Positions 39,740 through 50,081 of a stretch of 64,000 bases of DNA are shown piece by piece (position 1 is the stretch's first letter; each line of letters begins with the position of its first letter). Made by a program: the position numbers and the translations under genes. This DNA is from Candidatus Kaiserbacteria bacterium. Lineage in GTDB: Bacteria > Patescibacteriota > Minisyncoccia > Phycocordibacterales > JABMNX01. Location of the stretch: NCBI GenBank assembly GCA_016186705.1, contig JACPLB010000002.1, positions 20,811-84,810 of the forward strand, given 5' to 3'. The notes beneath the pieces are model-generated. The model was given only the letters and a program-made list of their open reading frames with translations. It had not been told where the DNA came from and ran no database searches.

Positions 39740-41587
39740 ATGGTAGAACGAAAAAATGAAGGTGGTCGTAGTCGGCAATTACCGCGACGTCGACTCTCGC
39801 GCGGCAGGCGAAATAGCGGACAGAAAATGCAGAGGAAGCAGGCGACGACAAGCAAGCGTATGGTGCACAGGCATCATACGGAGACTCCCTTAAGGCATAA
39901 GCACGAGCCTATCCCCGAGATTATAGACGGCGTCCGGATTGTTCCGCTCGGCGGGGTTGAGGAAGTCGGGAGAAACATGACGGTTGTGGAAACATCTACG
40001 GATATTCTTATTGTTGACGCCGGTTTTCAATTCGTGTCAGAAGAAACGCCGGGGGTTGATTACGTTCTCCCTAACACCCGCTACCTTGAAGAGAGGAAAG
40101 GAAAGATTCGCGCGCTTCTTATAACACACGGGCATCTTGACCACATCGGCGGCATTCCTTTTATTCTTGACCGTATCGGTAATCCTCCGATTTACACTGG
40201 CGAACTTACGTCCATCATGATAAAAAAACGGGCGGAAGAATTTGTCGGTATCAAGCACGATGTGAAAGTGCTTGACCCTCACGTGCCGATTACATTCGGC
40301 TCATTCAGAGTGCGCACTTTCCCCGTTACCCACTCGATTCCGGACTCAACCGGTATGATTATAGAGACCGAATACGGCAATGTTGTGTTAAGCGGCGACC
40401 TCAAGCTTGAGCATAAAGACGGAGTACCAACAAAAAAAGAGGAGGAGGTGTACGGCGCAATCGGCAAGGAAAAGAATCTGATATTTATTGCCGATTCAAC
40501 AAATGCGGAGAGAACCGGCTTTTCAATTCCAGAACAGGTCGTCTACGATACTATTGAGAATATTATCCGCACCACCGAAGGGCGCATTATTATAGGCACA
40601 TTTGCTTCCCAATTCGAGCGCATGATACGAATTATCGGCATTTGTGAGCAACTTGGCAAAAAGGTGATCACGGAAGGCCGAAGCATCAAGACTAACATTG
40701 AAATTGCCGAACGCGCAGGCCGTCTCAAACCGAAAAAAGGAACTATTATCCCCGTCCAAGAGATCGACAATTACCCGCCGGACAGAGTCGTTATTCTTGC
40801 GACCGGCGCGCAAGGGGAAGAGTTTGCGGCTCTCATGCGCATCGCAACTGGCAAACATAAATTTATCAAAATGACGAGGCGCGACACCGTCGTACTCTCC
40901 TCTTCGGTTATTCCGGGGAACGAGCTTTCCGTGCAACGTTTGAAAGACAACCTGTATCGGCACGCGGGGCACATCATCCACTACAGAGCGTCCGATGTAC
41001 ATTCGACCGGACACGGGAACACCGGAGAACTCGTATGGATAAACAAGAAGGTGGGAGCGAAATTTTTCATGCCGGCATACGGATATCATTCTATGCTTCG
41101 ATGTCATGCAAACGCGGTTATCGAATCGGGATTCCCAGAGAAGAATATCGCTGTGCCGGACAACGGCACAATCATTGATATCATTAAAGGTGAGCGGATG
41201 ATTGTGCAAAAGGCGACGGCTCCCTCGGGTCCTATGATGGTTGACGGCTTCTCGGTTGGTGGTGTCCAGGACGTAGTCATACGAGACCGGAAGACACTTG
41301 CGCAAGACGGCATGTTCGTCGTTATTGCGACTATTAATGTACGTACCGGAAAACTGCGAAAGTCTCCCGACATCATTTCCCGCGGATTCGTGTATCTGCG
41401 CGAGTCGCAGGAGCTTCTCCAGCAAACGCGGCTCATCATTAAAAAAAGCGTCGAGAGCTCGACTGAGGGAATGCATCCGATTAATTTCGACTACGTGAAG
41501 AATAATATTACCGACGCGGTAAGTGCGTTTCTCTTTCAAAAAACCAATAAGCACCCGATCGTCATACCGGTCCTTCTGGGAGTTTAA
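39740..41587 (+). CDS. rnj: Ribonuclease J
   Basis: PLGGVEEVGRNM, THGHLDHIGG, HSTGH, ISRGFVY. Confidence 0.96.
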   Translation: MVERKNEGGRSRQLPRRRLSRGRRNSGQKMQRKQATTSKRMVHRHHTETPLRHKHEPIPEIIDGVRIVPLGGVEEVGRNMTVVETSTDILIVDAGFQFVSEETPGVDYVLPNTRYLEERKGKIRALLITHGHLDHIGGIPFILDRIGNPPIYTGELTSIMIKKRAEEFVGIKHDVKVLDPHVPITFGSFRVRTFPVTHSIPDSTGMIIETEYGNVVLSGDLKLEHKDGVPTKKEEEVYGAIGKEKNLIFIADSTNAERTGFSIPEQVVYDTIENIIRTTEGRIIIGTFASQFERMIRIIGICEQLGKKVITEGRSIKTNIEIAERAGRLKPKKGTIIPVQEIDNYPPDRVVILATGAQGEEFAALMRIATGKHKFIKMTRRDTVVLSSSVIPGNELSVQRLKDNLYRHAGHIIHYRASDVHSTGHGNTGELVWINKKVGAKFFMPAYGYHSMLRCHANAVIESGFPEKNIAVPDNGTIIDIIKGERMIVQKATAPSGPMMVDGFSVGGVQDVVIRDRKTLAQDGMFVVIATINVRTGKLRKSPDIISRGFVYLRESQELLQQTRLIIKKSVESSTEGMHPINFDYVKNNITDAVSAFLFQKTNKHPIVIPVLLGV

Positions 41588-41597
41588 GAAATACCGC

Positions 41598-42419
41598 TTA
41601 CGCAACTGAAGCAAATCCGCGCTTAACGGTCACTATCTCTTCACGAGAAAGAGCGTGGAGCTGCTCTAAAACGCGCTTCTTGCCGTACAGTTTGAGGCGT
41701 TGCGTCAGGGCAGAGATTGAATATTTTTTCTCAACAAGTGTGCGTACGATTACTCCGCGAACCTCTCTGTTTGAATTTTTGAAAGGACTTTGTTTCTTGT
41801 AATGACTGCTCCTTCTTGAGGGATTCTTTTCTTTTTTCTTGAGCATTGAGCCATAATCCATAAGCGCCGAATACCACTCGGCGACATTTTTTCTATCAAG
41901 CGTCTTTTCAATGAGAGGAATGATGTCACTGTCCTTCACTTGTGCTGTCCTTGAAAAAAAGAAGTGAATGAAGACCGAGCGGATATTCGTTTCAATAATG
42001 ATTGCGGGAAGATTGTATGCAAACGCGCGTATTGCTCCCGCAGTGTACGGACCGATGCCGGGAAGATGTGTGAGTGTTTTTTCGTCTTTTGGTATTTCCC
42101 CCTGATGTTCTTTCATAATCTGCCTTGCGGCGTTATGAAGCATTCTCGCGCGCCGGTTATAGCCAAGTCCCTGCCATTGGGCAAGCACTTCTTGAAATTC
42201 TGCATTCGCGAGGGACATAATCGTCGGAAAGCGTTTCACAAACATTTGATATTTCGGTATAACTCTTTCCGCTTGAGTCTGCTGAAGCATGATTTCGGAG
42301 ACGAGCACGCGGTACGCGCGTGTTTTAGACGACAAAGAACCTGTGGCGCGCCACGGAAACGCCCGTTTGTGCTCCAGATAATAATCCCGAATATCCTTCC
42401 GAAACACGTTCACTTTCAT
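41598..42419 (-). CDS. mutY: MutY-like HhH-GPD adenine glycosylase lacking Fe-S cysteines
   Basis: VSEIMLQQTQ, WQGLGYNRRA, LPGIGPYTA. Confidence 0.85.
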   Translation of the reverse strand: MKVNVFRKDIRDYYLEHKRAFPWRATGSLSSKTRAYRVLVSEIMLQQTQAERVIPKYQMFVKRFPTIMSLANAEFQEVLAQWQGLGYNRRARMLHNAARQIMKEHQGEIPKDEKTLTHLPGIGPYTAGAIRAFAYNLPAIIIETNIRSVFIHFFFSRTAQVKDSDIIPLIEKTLDRKNVAEWYSALMDYGSMLKKKEKNPSRRSSHYKKQSPFKNSNREVRGVIVRTLVEKKYSISALTQRLKLYGKKRVLEQLHALSREEIVTVKRGFASVA

Positions 42420-42524
42420 AATGCGTACCGAATTATACTCCCAAGAGAGCGGGCAAGTGCGTTACCAAGGAGAACAATAGCGGCAATAATAAGTATGAGG
42501 TAGAGGAATTTCTTGACGCGCATG

Positions 42525-42779
42525 CTACTTTTTCTTTGCCTTCCCTTTCATTTCTATAACGGTCGTCTGAAGGTGCTTCTCTCCTTCCGGCTCTTTCGGA
42601 ATAACAATCACCGCAATGAGGTATACGAGAGCCCCCGGCAAAATGCCGCTGAAAATGGTTACCGCAACCCACCCAAGACGCAGTATCGTCGGGTCAATGT
42701 CACAATACTGCCCGAGTCCTCCACAGACGCCTGATATCATTTTGTCACTTCTCGAGCGATACAGCTTTTGAGCTCCCAT
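42525..42779 (-). CDS. PspC domain protein
   Basis: KLYRSRSDKMISGVCGGLGQY. Confidence 0.92.
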   Translation of the reverse strand: MGAQKLYRSRSDKMISGVCGGLGQYCDIDPTILRLGWVAVTIFSGILPGALVYLIAVIVIPKEPEGEKHLQTTVIEMKGKAKKK

Positions 42780-42787
42780 ATGGGATA

Positions 42788-43474
42788 TTATAAATGATAA
42801 ATCACGTCTTTGCGTTCCACAATGACGCTCCAGCCCATGCGTTTTGCGTGCTGGTAGAGGTTCTTGTTCGGATTGAAACACAGAGGTCGTTCCACAAGCT
42901 CAAGGAACGGAATGTCTCCTTCGGTATCCCCGACTCCCACGGACCCTTTCAAGGTGAGGTGTTCTTTTTGAACGGCGCGCCGCACAATAGTCGCTTTGTT
43001 CATAATCAAATGCTCATCAACGACAATGCCGGTAAAAAGGTCTTGCGGCCCAATTTCATAAATACGCCCGTATACTTTGTCAAAACCGAGATTCCTGCAA
43101 AATTCGTCAACAGTGGTCTTTGGCGATTGGGAAATCGCGAGTATGTAGTGCCCGTCTTTTTTAAGTTCTTTGATCAAATCGCGCGTGTATTGGTAGACGC
43201 GTTTCCCCTGCCGCTCTACGACGCGCTTTGAAATATCGCAAAAAGTTCCGTAATGCACTCCTTTCACGTGTTTCATGAAGGTTTTTACGACGGCGTTAAT
43301 ATATTCTTCATATCCACCTTCCCGTTCAAACCATGTACGGTATTCGCGTTCGTACTCTTTTGCTACGTCTTTTGAAAAAATGCCTTCTTCAATGAGCGCT
43401 TCAACGAGCTCGATGACCATACTTGAACGGAAAACGGTCCCGTCGACGTCAAAAATAGCGACTTTTTGTTCCAT
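42788..43474 (-). CDS. HAD-superfamily hydrolase, subfamily IB (SerB-like)
   Basis: FDVDGT motif I, GDTEGD motif IV. Confidence 0.9.
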   Translation of the reverse strand: MEQKVAIFDVDGTVFRSSMVIELVEALIEEGIFSKDVAKEYEREYRTWFEREGGYEEYINAVVKTFMKHVKGVHYGTFCDISKRVVERQGKRVYQYTRDLIKELKKDGHYILAISQSPKTTVDEFCRNLGFDKVYGRIYEIGPQDLFTGIVVDEHLIMNKATIVRRAVQKEHLTLKGSVGVGDTEGDIPFLELVERPLCFNPNKNLYQHAKRMGWSVIVERKDVIYHL

Positions 43475-43499
43475 ACAAAAATAGTACCACAACGGCCTC

Positions 43500-44423
43500 T
43501 TACAGCACCGACGAGATAATGTCCTTTACAACATTGATGGGGATGGAAAAACCGACGTTCTCGCTCCCGCGCGCCATCGCCACGTTAATACCGATGACGG
43601 CGCCGGAGAGGTCGGAGAGTGGCCCGCCGGAGTTTCCCGGATTTATCGCAGCGTCCGTCTGTATCACTCCACGAAGCTCTTCCGGGCCGTCCGCTCCGAG
43701 CGCGGAGAGTTCCCGATTGAGTCCGGAAATAATGCCAACCGAAACGGAGTTGTTAAACTCTCCGAGTGCGTTTCCGATTGCAAAGACCGATTGTCCGAGC
43801 TTCAGGGAGTCAGAATTACCTAAAACAACTCCGGGGTATCCCTCTCCGGAGACTTTGAGGATTGCAAAGTCAATGTCGGTGTCTCTATATATGACATCCG
43901 CCTGCTTTTGTGAACCGTCGGAGAGAACGACAGTATAAAGAGCATCAGCATCGCTTACGACATGGCGGTTCGTCGCGATATAGCCGTCACTCCTAAGGAA
44001 AAATCCTGTTCCGGCACCGACCTGTTGAACTTCAGTCCCTTTCTGCACAATGCGCGGCACCTGAATGTTGAAGTTGCGAAAGAACGGGTCGTCTCCGAAC
44101 GGGTTTTCATATACGATTTCAATCTTCGGCACATCCTTTGAGACGACAACGGAGACAACCGACGGAGCGATTTTTGCAACCGCGTCGGTTAGAAGCTCTT
44201 CTTGCGACTTTTGGCGGAGCGCTTCGCGGCGTTTGAGCTCATCCGCGGTGTCCGATGATTCTTGCGCGACTACTCCGACGTATCTTTCAAGTTCTTGCAC
44301 GCGCTCCGTGAGCGATTGAATTGTTTCGCTATCGGATGAGCCGAATGAAAAGCCGACTATCCCGCCCACAATAACAAGAAAAAGCACGAGGGTTGTGACA
44401 ATAATTCGATAAAGCGCATTCAT
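43500..44423 (-). CDS. HtrA/DegP-like serine protease without PDZ domain
   Basis: TNRHVV, QTDAAINPGNSGGPL; N-terminal TM; ends right after the protease domain. Confidence 0.92.
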   Translation of the reverse strand: MNALYRIIVTTLVLFLVIVGGIVGFSFGSSDSETIQSLTERVQELERYVGVVAQESSDTADELKRREALRQKSQEELLTDAVAKIAPSVVSVVVSKDVPKIEIVYENPFGDDPFFRNFNIQVPRIVQKGTEVQQVGAGTGFFLRSDGYIATNRHVVSDADALYTVVLSDGSQKQADVIYRDTDIDFAILKVSGEGYPGVVLGNSDSLKLGQSVFAIGNALGEFNNSVSVGIISGLNRELSALGADGPEELRGVIQTDAAINPGNSGGPLSDLSGAVIGINVAMARGSENVGFSIPINVVKDIISSVL

Positions 44424-44479
44424 GACATTTTTATACCTTAATTCTTCAAAAAAGAAAACCCGCCGTGCGATGCGGGTTG

Positions 44480-44681
44480 AGGTGGTTCCGGAAGAGAATC
44501 AAGGCCTGCGAAATGTCTACATTTGCCCCCCATATCCGATGTCCTTTGAGCGTCTGACTCGGGAGAACTCTCCCTCATCCTTGGGTATGGACCCACAAGA
44601 ATGGTCAGCTTGCTTCCCCGGACACCAGTGAAGGTGACTGTGAAGCCACGAGGCACGCCTCAATGTGTCCTCCGGAACCAT
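44480..44681 (-). ncRNA. Putative stand-alone structured RNA 1 (unassigned)
   Basis: TTGACT-17-TAATAT promoter (44715-44687); 12-bp closing stem; nested hairpins; terminator at ~44446-44478. Confidence 0.55.
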
Positions 44682-44732
44682 CTTTTATATTACACTCGCG
44701 CGTATGATGAGTCAAGTAACAATGTGTGGATT

Positions 44733-45395
44733 CTAACGGGATTTCGGCCAGCGAAGAGCGGCTTTCGGAAATATCTTCGTGAGCGGATGCTTTGAGCAGT
44801 CGTGCACGCGCGCCGGGCAGACGTAGCGGCCGTACATGACCATTTGATGGTTGACGTATTTCCAGTCTTTTTTCGGAATAATCATCATCAGGTCCCGTTC
44901 AATCTGGACGGGATTTTTTGAGTCAGTCAGGTTGAACCGAATGGCAAGACGCCGTACGTGCGTATCAACGGCAATGCCCTCGTAGATGCCGTGTACATTT
45001 GCGAGTACAACATTCGCTGTCTTTCGCGCAACACCCGGAATAGTGACCATATCCTCAATCGTTCTGGGGATTTTACCCTTGAATCTCTCTTTAAGGACAT
45101 GGGCCGCGCTGAGAATATTTTTCGTTTTGCTTCTGTAGAAACCGGCTGAATGTATATCCTGTTCAAATTCGTTTCTCTTTGCTTTGAGATAATCGTTAAA
45201 CTTCGGGTATTTCCTAAAAAGTCTCCTCGTTACCTCATTGACCCGCTTGTCGGTACACTGCGCGGAGAGTATCACTGCGACCAAAAGCTCCCAGTCATTT
45301 CTATACTGCAATTCCGTTTTTGAATCCGGATAGAGCGCCCGGATCTTTTTGATTATTCTATGCGCGCGAGCTTTCCGCTCCGCAAGCTTTTTCAT
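44733..45395 (-). CDS. nth: Endonuclease III
   Basis: LSAQCTDKRVN, PGVARKTANVV, VDTHV. Confidence 0.94.
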   Translation of the reverse strand: MKKLAERKARAHRIIKKIRALYPDSKTELQYRNDWELLVAVILSAQCTDKRVNEVTRRLFRKYPKFNDYLKAKRNEFEQDIHSAGFYRSKTKNILSAAHVLKERFKGKIPRTIEDMVTIPGVARKTANVVLANVHGIYEGIAVDTHVRRLAIRFNLTDSKNPVQIERDLMMIIPKKDWKYVNHQMVMYGRYVCPARVHDCSKHPLTKIFPKAALRWPKSR

Positions 45396-45404
45396 ATTAA
45401 GAGC

Positions 45405-45899
45405 TTACCGAAGGGCTTGTATGTCGGCAAGTACTTCTTCTGCGTGTTTTTTGGGAGTAACGTTCTCATACACCTTTGCAATGATTCCTTCTGGGTTGAT
45501 GAGCACCGACGAGCGCACGACCCCCATGTGCTCGTCCCGCAATATGCGGGGCTTCCGTCCCATGGAACTCTTCTCCTGCCACACATCATAGCGTTCTAGG
45601 ACATCTTTCTCTTCATTTGAAAGAAGAGGAAAGCGCAAGTCGTACTTCTCGGCGAACTTTTTGTGCGATAACGCTGAATCCGGACTCATACCAAGAACAA
45701 CGGCTCCGAGCTTTTCAAATGACTCAAAATTATCCCGCAGCATTTCGGCTTCCGTCGTACACCCCGGAGTATCGTCTTTGGGGTAAAAATAAAGAAGTAT
45801 CCACTTACCCTTGTAGTGCGAAAGACTGTGCTCTGTGCCGCCCTGGTCTTTAAGCTTAAAATCAGGAGCTTTTTGTCCGGTTGCAATTTTCATTTCCAA
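45405..45899 (-). CDS. bcp: Peroxiredoxin Q/BCP (single Cys)
   Basis: YFYPKDDTPGCTTEA. Confidence 0.92.
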   Translation of the reverse strand: MEMKIATGQKAPDFKLKDQGGTEHSLSHYKGKWILLYFYPKDDTPGCTTEAEMLRDNFESFEKLGAVVLGMSPDSALSHKKFAEKYDLRFPLLSNEEKDVLERYDVWQEKSSMGRKPRILRDEHMGVVRSSVLINPEGIIAKVYENVTPKKHAEEVLADIQALR

Positions 45900-45931
45900 T
45901 AATTGCAGTATATCAAAATATAAAGAGAGTA

Positions 45932-46414
45932 TTAAACCCGGCAGGTTTCTCCCCCTTTCTTTGCGATATACTGCTGATGGTATTCTTCCGCTTCAAAAAA
46001 ATCAGAGGCGGGAGCGATGTCCGTCACTATTTCATCGTGGTATTTTCCCGATGCGTCGAGTCTTGCTTTTGATTTTTCCGCTTTGCTTTTCTGCTCTTCG
46101 GTAAGATAAAAAATCGCCGAGCGGTACTGCGCCCCGACATCAGGGCCCTGCCGGTTATATTGCGTCGGGTCGTGAAGATTCCAGAATACGTCAAGAAGCT
46201 TTTCGTATGTTACTTTTGCAGAGTCAAACGTAACTTCAACCGTCTCGGCGTGCCCCGTGTCTCCGCGGCAAACATCTTCGTATGTCGGGTTCTTTAACAA
46301 CCCGCCCGTATACCCAACGCGCGTATCAACGACACCGGGAGTATTCCGAAACACCTCTTCGACTCCCCAAAAACACCCTGCGGCAAATATGGCTCTTTGT
46401 ATATTTCTCTTCAT
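45932..46414 (-). CDS. msrA: Peptide-methionine (S)-S-oxide reductase
   Basis: [24 protein letters not shown]. Confidence 0.97.
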   Translation of the reverse strand: MKRNIQRAIFAAGCFWGVEEVFRNTPGVVDTRVGYTGGLLKNPTYEDVCRGDTGHAETVEVTFDSAKVTYEKLLDVFWNLHDPTQYNRQGPDVGAQYRSAIFYLTEEQKSKAEKSKARLDASGKYHDEIVTDIAPASDFFEAEEYHQQYIAKKGGETCRV

Positions 46415-46426
46415 ACAATAAAGTGC

Positions 46427-47104
46427 TTAATTATTAGAAGTGACGGATACTATTGTGCCGTCGTCTATTACGACAGTTTTTTGCGCGACTTTTGCGTACT
46501 GCTCCTCGTGCGTAATCATAATGATTGTCTGACCTTCCTTATGAAGGTCTCTGAATATCTGCATAATGACTTGTGAGGATTCATTGTCAAGATTCGCAGT
46601 TGGCTCGTCTGCAAAGAGAACTTTTGGGTGATGGACGACGGCACGGGCGATTGAAACCCGCTGCTGCTCTCCGCCCGACATGTGGCTTGGAAGTTTGTGA
46701 AGCCGATGTTGAAGTTCAAGTTTAGTCAGGCTCTCTTCGGCTCTCGCGTACGCTTTATCCGACGGTATATTTTGCATCAAAAGAGGCAATGCGACATTTT
46801 CAAGCGCGGTTAAATCTGGAAGTAGCGCGTAGTCCTGAAACACATAGCCAAACATGGTAAGCCGAAAAGGAATTTTCTCTTCCACTTTCATCGTGTGGGT
46901 ATCGCGACCATAGATAATAACCTCTCCCGATGTCGGCTCATCAAGAAGGCTCATCTGATAGAGAAATGTGCTTTTGCCTGCGCCAGAGCGGCCCATGATG
47001 GAGATGAATTCGCCGTCCTCAACCTTGAAATCAATGCCCTTTAGGACTTTGGTTTCGGTTTCCCCGTCAAGAAACGTTTTTACGAGTTGCTTTGTTTCAA
47101 TCAT
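46427..47104 (-). CDS. ABC transporter ATP-binding protein (MacB/LolD type)
   Basis: GRSGAGKS, SGGEQQR, ADEPT. Confidence 0.93.
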   Translation of the reverse strand: MIETKQLVKTFLDGETETKVLKGIDFKVEDGEFISIMGRSGAGKSTFLYQMSLLDEPTSGEVIIYGRDTHTMKVEEKIPFRLTMFGYVFQDYALLPDLTALENVALPLLMQNIPSDKAYARAEESLTKLELQHRLHKLPSHMSGGEQQRVSIARAVVHHPKVLFADEPTANLDNESSQVIMQIFRDLHKEGQTIIMITHEEQYAKVAQKTVVIDDGTIVSVTSNN

Positions 47105-47108
47105 GGCT

Positions 47109-48368
47109 TTAGTTTCTTCCGAGAATGGAATCAAGGGTGTTTTTCCTGATAATCATCCAGGCGGGAATGTAACCGGCGATAATCGTTGAAAGTACCAGAA
47201 GCCCGACGCGCAGAGACGTCCCGCCAAAAGGGGCGACAAGAATCCCATCGCTGAATGGAAAGTCTATAGGGTGCCCGGCAATAAACGGCACAAGAAAACC
47301 GTATACCAAAGCTAACCCTATCAAAGACCCAAAAAGAGCGTAAAAGATTGATTGGAAGACGTATGAAAGACGGATAGCACCTCCATCAATGCCAATCCCT
47401 TTCATGATGCCGATGTATTTCCTGCGCGTGATCGCATTAATGAATACGACGATAAAAATCGTAATGGACGCAACGACAAGCCCGATTGAGCCAAAGGCAG
47501 TGCCAAGCATATTAAATGTCTTGATAACATCCTTAAGGAACTGCGGCTGGGCATCTTCAAATGTCTGTATTTTCGCGTACTTATCGGCGCCGCTCCGTTT
47601 AATTTTCTCGCGAACCGCGATAGGGTCGGCTCCCTCTTTAAGAAGTATCGCTATTTGAGCGACATTGCCGTCATTTCTCCCGATCATACTCCGAAACTGG
47701 GAGTCAACCATAAATACGTTTCTCGTCAGCGCATCCACCTTGCTCTTTATAATGCCTTTCACGGTCACCTCCCGTGTCACATCGCCGAGAGTAACCCGAA
47801 TCTTGCTTCCCACGGACACGTTATTGAGTGCGGCATAATTTGGGTCTTCAACCGGCACATACTGGCTTAAGAGGAACTGCCCTATAATGACCTGGTCATA
47901 GTCTCCGGGAGCGAGGTACGAGCCCTCCGTCACCGAAGAGGAGAGGTGCGTTACTCTGTCTTCGCTTTGCGGGTCAATGCCGAAAATCTGCGCATTTGCG
48001 GTGTTTGGCTTATCGGTCTCTTTTCTTGTCTTATAATTCGCCTCAAGTTCCGCGCCCGAACTGTACCGCGCCGAGAGCGTCTCAATTTCAGGGAAACTCT
48101 TCAGTAACGCAATGAGGTTGGGGCTGTTTTCAATGTATTTCTTATCGTCGGGTGCTGAGACGATGATGTCGCTCGTAAATTCAAAGCGTACTTGGTTGAC
48201 CGCCCCTTGAATAAGTCCGACAAGAATCCCTGAGACGACCACAAGGTTCAGAAAGGTCAGTACCATCACGAAAATAATGAGACCGGTAGTCCAAAGGCTC
48301 GCGCGACGTATCTGCCGCGTCGCAAGAAAAAATCCTATGCGAACATTGAGCGCTAGCCGCGAGAGCAT
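47109..48368 (-). CDS. ABC transporter permease (MacB/FtsX-like)
   Basis: 1 TM + large extracytoplasmic domain + 3 TM; IGIMKGIG. Confidence 0.88.
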   Translation of the reverse strand: MLSRLALNVRIGFFLATRQIRRASLWTTGLIIFVMVLTFLNLVVVSGILVGLIQGAVNQVRFEFTSDIIVSAPDDKKYIENSPNLIALLKSFPEIETLSARYSSGAELEANYKTRKETDKPNTANAQIFGIDPQSEDRVTHLSSSVTEGSYLAPGDYDQVIIGQFLLSQYVPVEDPNYAALNNVSVGSKIRVTLGDVTREVTVKGIIKSKVDALTRNVFMVDSQFRSMIGRNDGNVAQIAILLKEGADPIAVREKIKRSGADKYAKIQTFEDAQPQFLKDVIKTFNMLGTAFGSIGLVVASITIFIVVFINAITRRKYIGIMKGIGIDGGAIRLSYVFQSIFYALFGSLIGLALVYGFLVPFIAGHPIDFPFSDGILVAPFGGTSLRVGLLVLSTIIAGYIPAWMIIRKNTLDSILGRN

Positions 48369-48374
48369 ATCATT

Positions 48375-49919
48375 TTACATTCCCGGATTAAGCAGTACTT
48401 TGTCTCCCTCTTCAAGTCCGGATATAATTTCCACCTCGCCAAGAGAGGAAACACTTCCTGTCTCCACCATGCGCTCAACAGTGCTCTCATCATTTTTAAC
48501 ATACACAATCTTCTGATTATCCCGTTTGAAGATAATCCCCTGCGGAATACTGATCACGTCTTTCTTCTGTTCAGTGGTAATCACGATATTTGCCGTCATG
48601 CCAGGCTTGATGCGAGCATCGCTCTCAAGAAATGTGAGCTTCGCGCGATACGTGGAAACTCCATCGCGGATGGTTTCCGCCGGGTCAATTGAAATAACGC
48701 GAGTCGGAAAAATAACGTCGGCGCCGTAGGCGTCAAGAGTGACTGCCGCCATGTCTCCCACCTTTACAAGAGGCGTGTTTATTTCAGGCATAAAACTCTC
48801 TACCTGGTACGCGTCCGTACTTATCATTGAAATAATTGACGTGTTTGCCGACGCGATTCCTCCGACTTTCGCGTCCATTTTGCTTACGACGCCGATAAAC
48901 GGCGCTACGACCAAAGTTTTTTGGTATCGTGCGCGAGCGCTCAAAAGGTCAGCTTCTGCTGCTTTGACTCGCGCCTTCTGTGCGTCAATATCCTCAGAAG
49001 TAACGCCGGCTTTTTCAAGAGTAAACTCTTTTTCAGCAAGAGAGAGCGCCGTTTCAGCTGACGATACGCTTCCGACCGCGGAGACAAGCGCCCCCTGCGC
49101 GGTACTTACGGCAGTGCGAGCTCCTGAAATGTCCGTCTTCCATCCGTCAATTTTGCTCTGTGAGAGCGAAGAAGACGCTTGAAGAGAGCTGAGTGCAAGT
49201 GCTGCTTTTTCAAGAAATGTCTTTACTTGTGCCGTATACTCAAGCGAAGACGCGGCAAGCTCCGAGAGAACGGTACCCCCTCCGATTGCGGTATTCCATT
49301 CGGTAAGCGAGTTTTCAAGCAGAACTCGCAAAGCAATGAGTTCCTGGCGCAACTGCCCATCAGTTTCAAAAATTAAGGTCGGGTTCGGAGATTTCGGATT
49401 GCTGAAAAACTGGTCCGCTTTCGTGCGAACCGCGTCGTCGGATTTTACGTACGCATCCGAAATTTTTTCTTTCAATGACTCTCGCGCGTCCGTAAGGTCG
49501 GCCTCCGCCGCGGTTACTTTTGCTTCGCTAATCGCAAGCTCTTCCGGGCGCGACCCGCGCGTGAGGTCAGCAAGTTTTGCATTCTCCGCTTCAAGCGACG
49601 CTTCCTTCTGGAGAATGTCCGCGCGCGCGTCGCCGTTTTCAATTGAGGCAAGTACCGCGCCTTGCAGTACTGTATCGCCCACCTTCGCAAAAACGCCCGA
49701 CACGCGACCTGTTTGATTAAATGCCAAATCAACGCTCTCCGCGGAAATAACTTTTCCCGATACCGACACCTCCTGGAGAAAATCTCCTCGTTTAATAACG
49801 AGTATTTCCTCACTGCTCTTTCCGTTCCGAAACAGATAGAACCCTCCAAGAAGGATAACAACGAATGCTAGAACGACGGCGAAAAGCGCGGGCGGCTTAA
49901 GTGTTTTAAGAAATTCCAT
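48375..49919 (-). CDS. Efflux periplasmic adaptor (MacA/HlyD family) with extended coiled coil
   Basis: GRVSGVFAKVGDTV lipoyl half, APFIGVV, IKPGMTA, EIISGL. Confidence 0.88.
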   Translation of the reverse strand: MEFLKTLKPPALFAVVLAFVVILLGGFYLFRNGKSSEEILVIKRGDFLQEVSVSGKVISAESVDLAFNQTGRVSGVFAKVGDTVLQGAVLASIENGDARADILQKEASLEAENAKLADLTRGSRPEELAISEAKVTAAEADLTDARESLKEKISDAYVKSDDAVRTKADQFFSNPKSPNPTLIFETDGQLRQELIALRVLLENSLTEWNTAIGGGTVLSELAASSLEYTAQVKTFLEKAALALSSLQASSSLSQSKIDGWKTDISGARTAVSTAQGALVSAVGSVSSAETALSLAEKEFTLEKAGVTSEDIDAQKARVKAAEADLLSARARYQKTLVVAPFIGVVSKMDAKVGGIASANTSIISMISTDAYQVESFMPEINTPLVKVGDMAAVTLDAYGADVIFPTRVISIDPAETIRDGVSTYRAKLTFLESDARIKPGMTANIVITTEQKKDVISIPQGIIFKRDNQKIVYVKNDESTVERMVETGSVSSLGEVEIISGLEEGDKVLLNPGM

Positions 49920-50081
49920 GCTTAGACAGTATACCTTATGAGATAAAAACGATGAAACACTTTTGCATGATTTTAATAAAACGTTGAGTGCAGAAGATTC
50001 CAAAAAATTCCAAGCACACCCTTTACAAGTAGAGGTATGTGGTTATAATGCGAATAAATCTGTATACGAAGGAGGTAGTGT

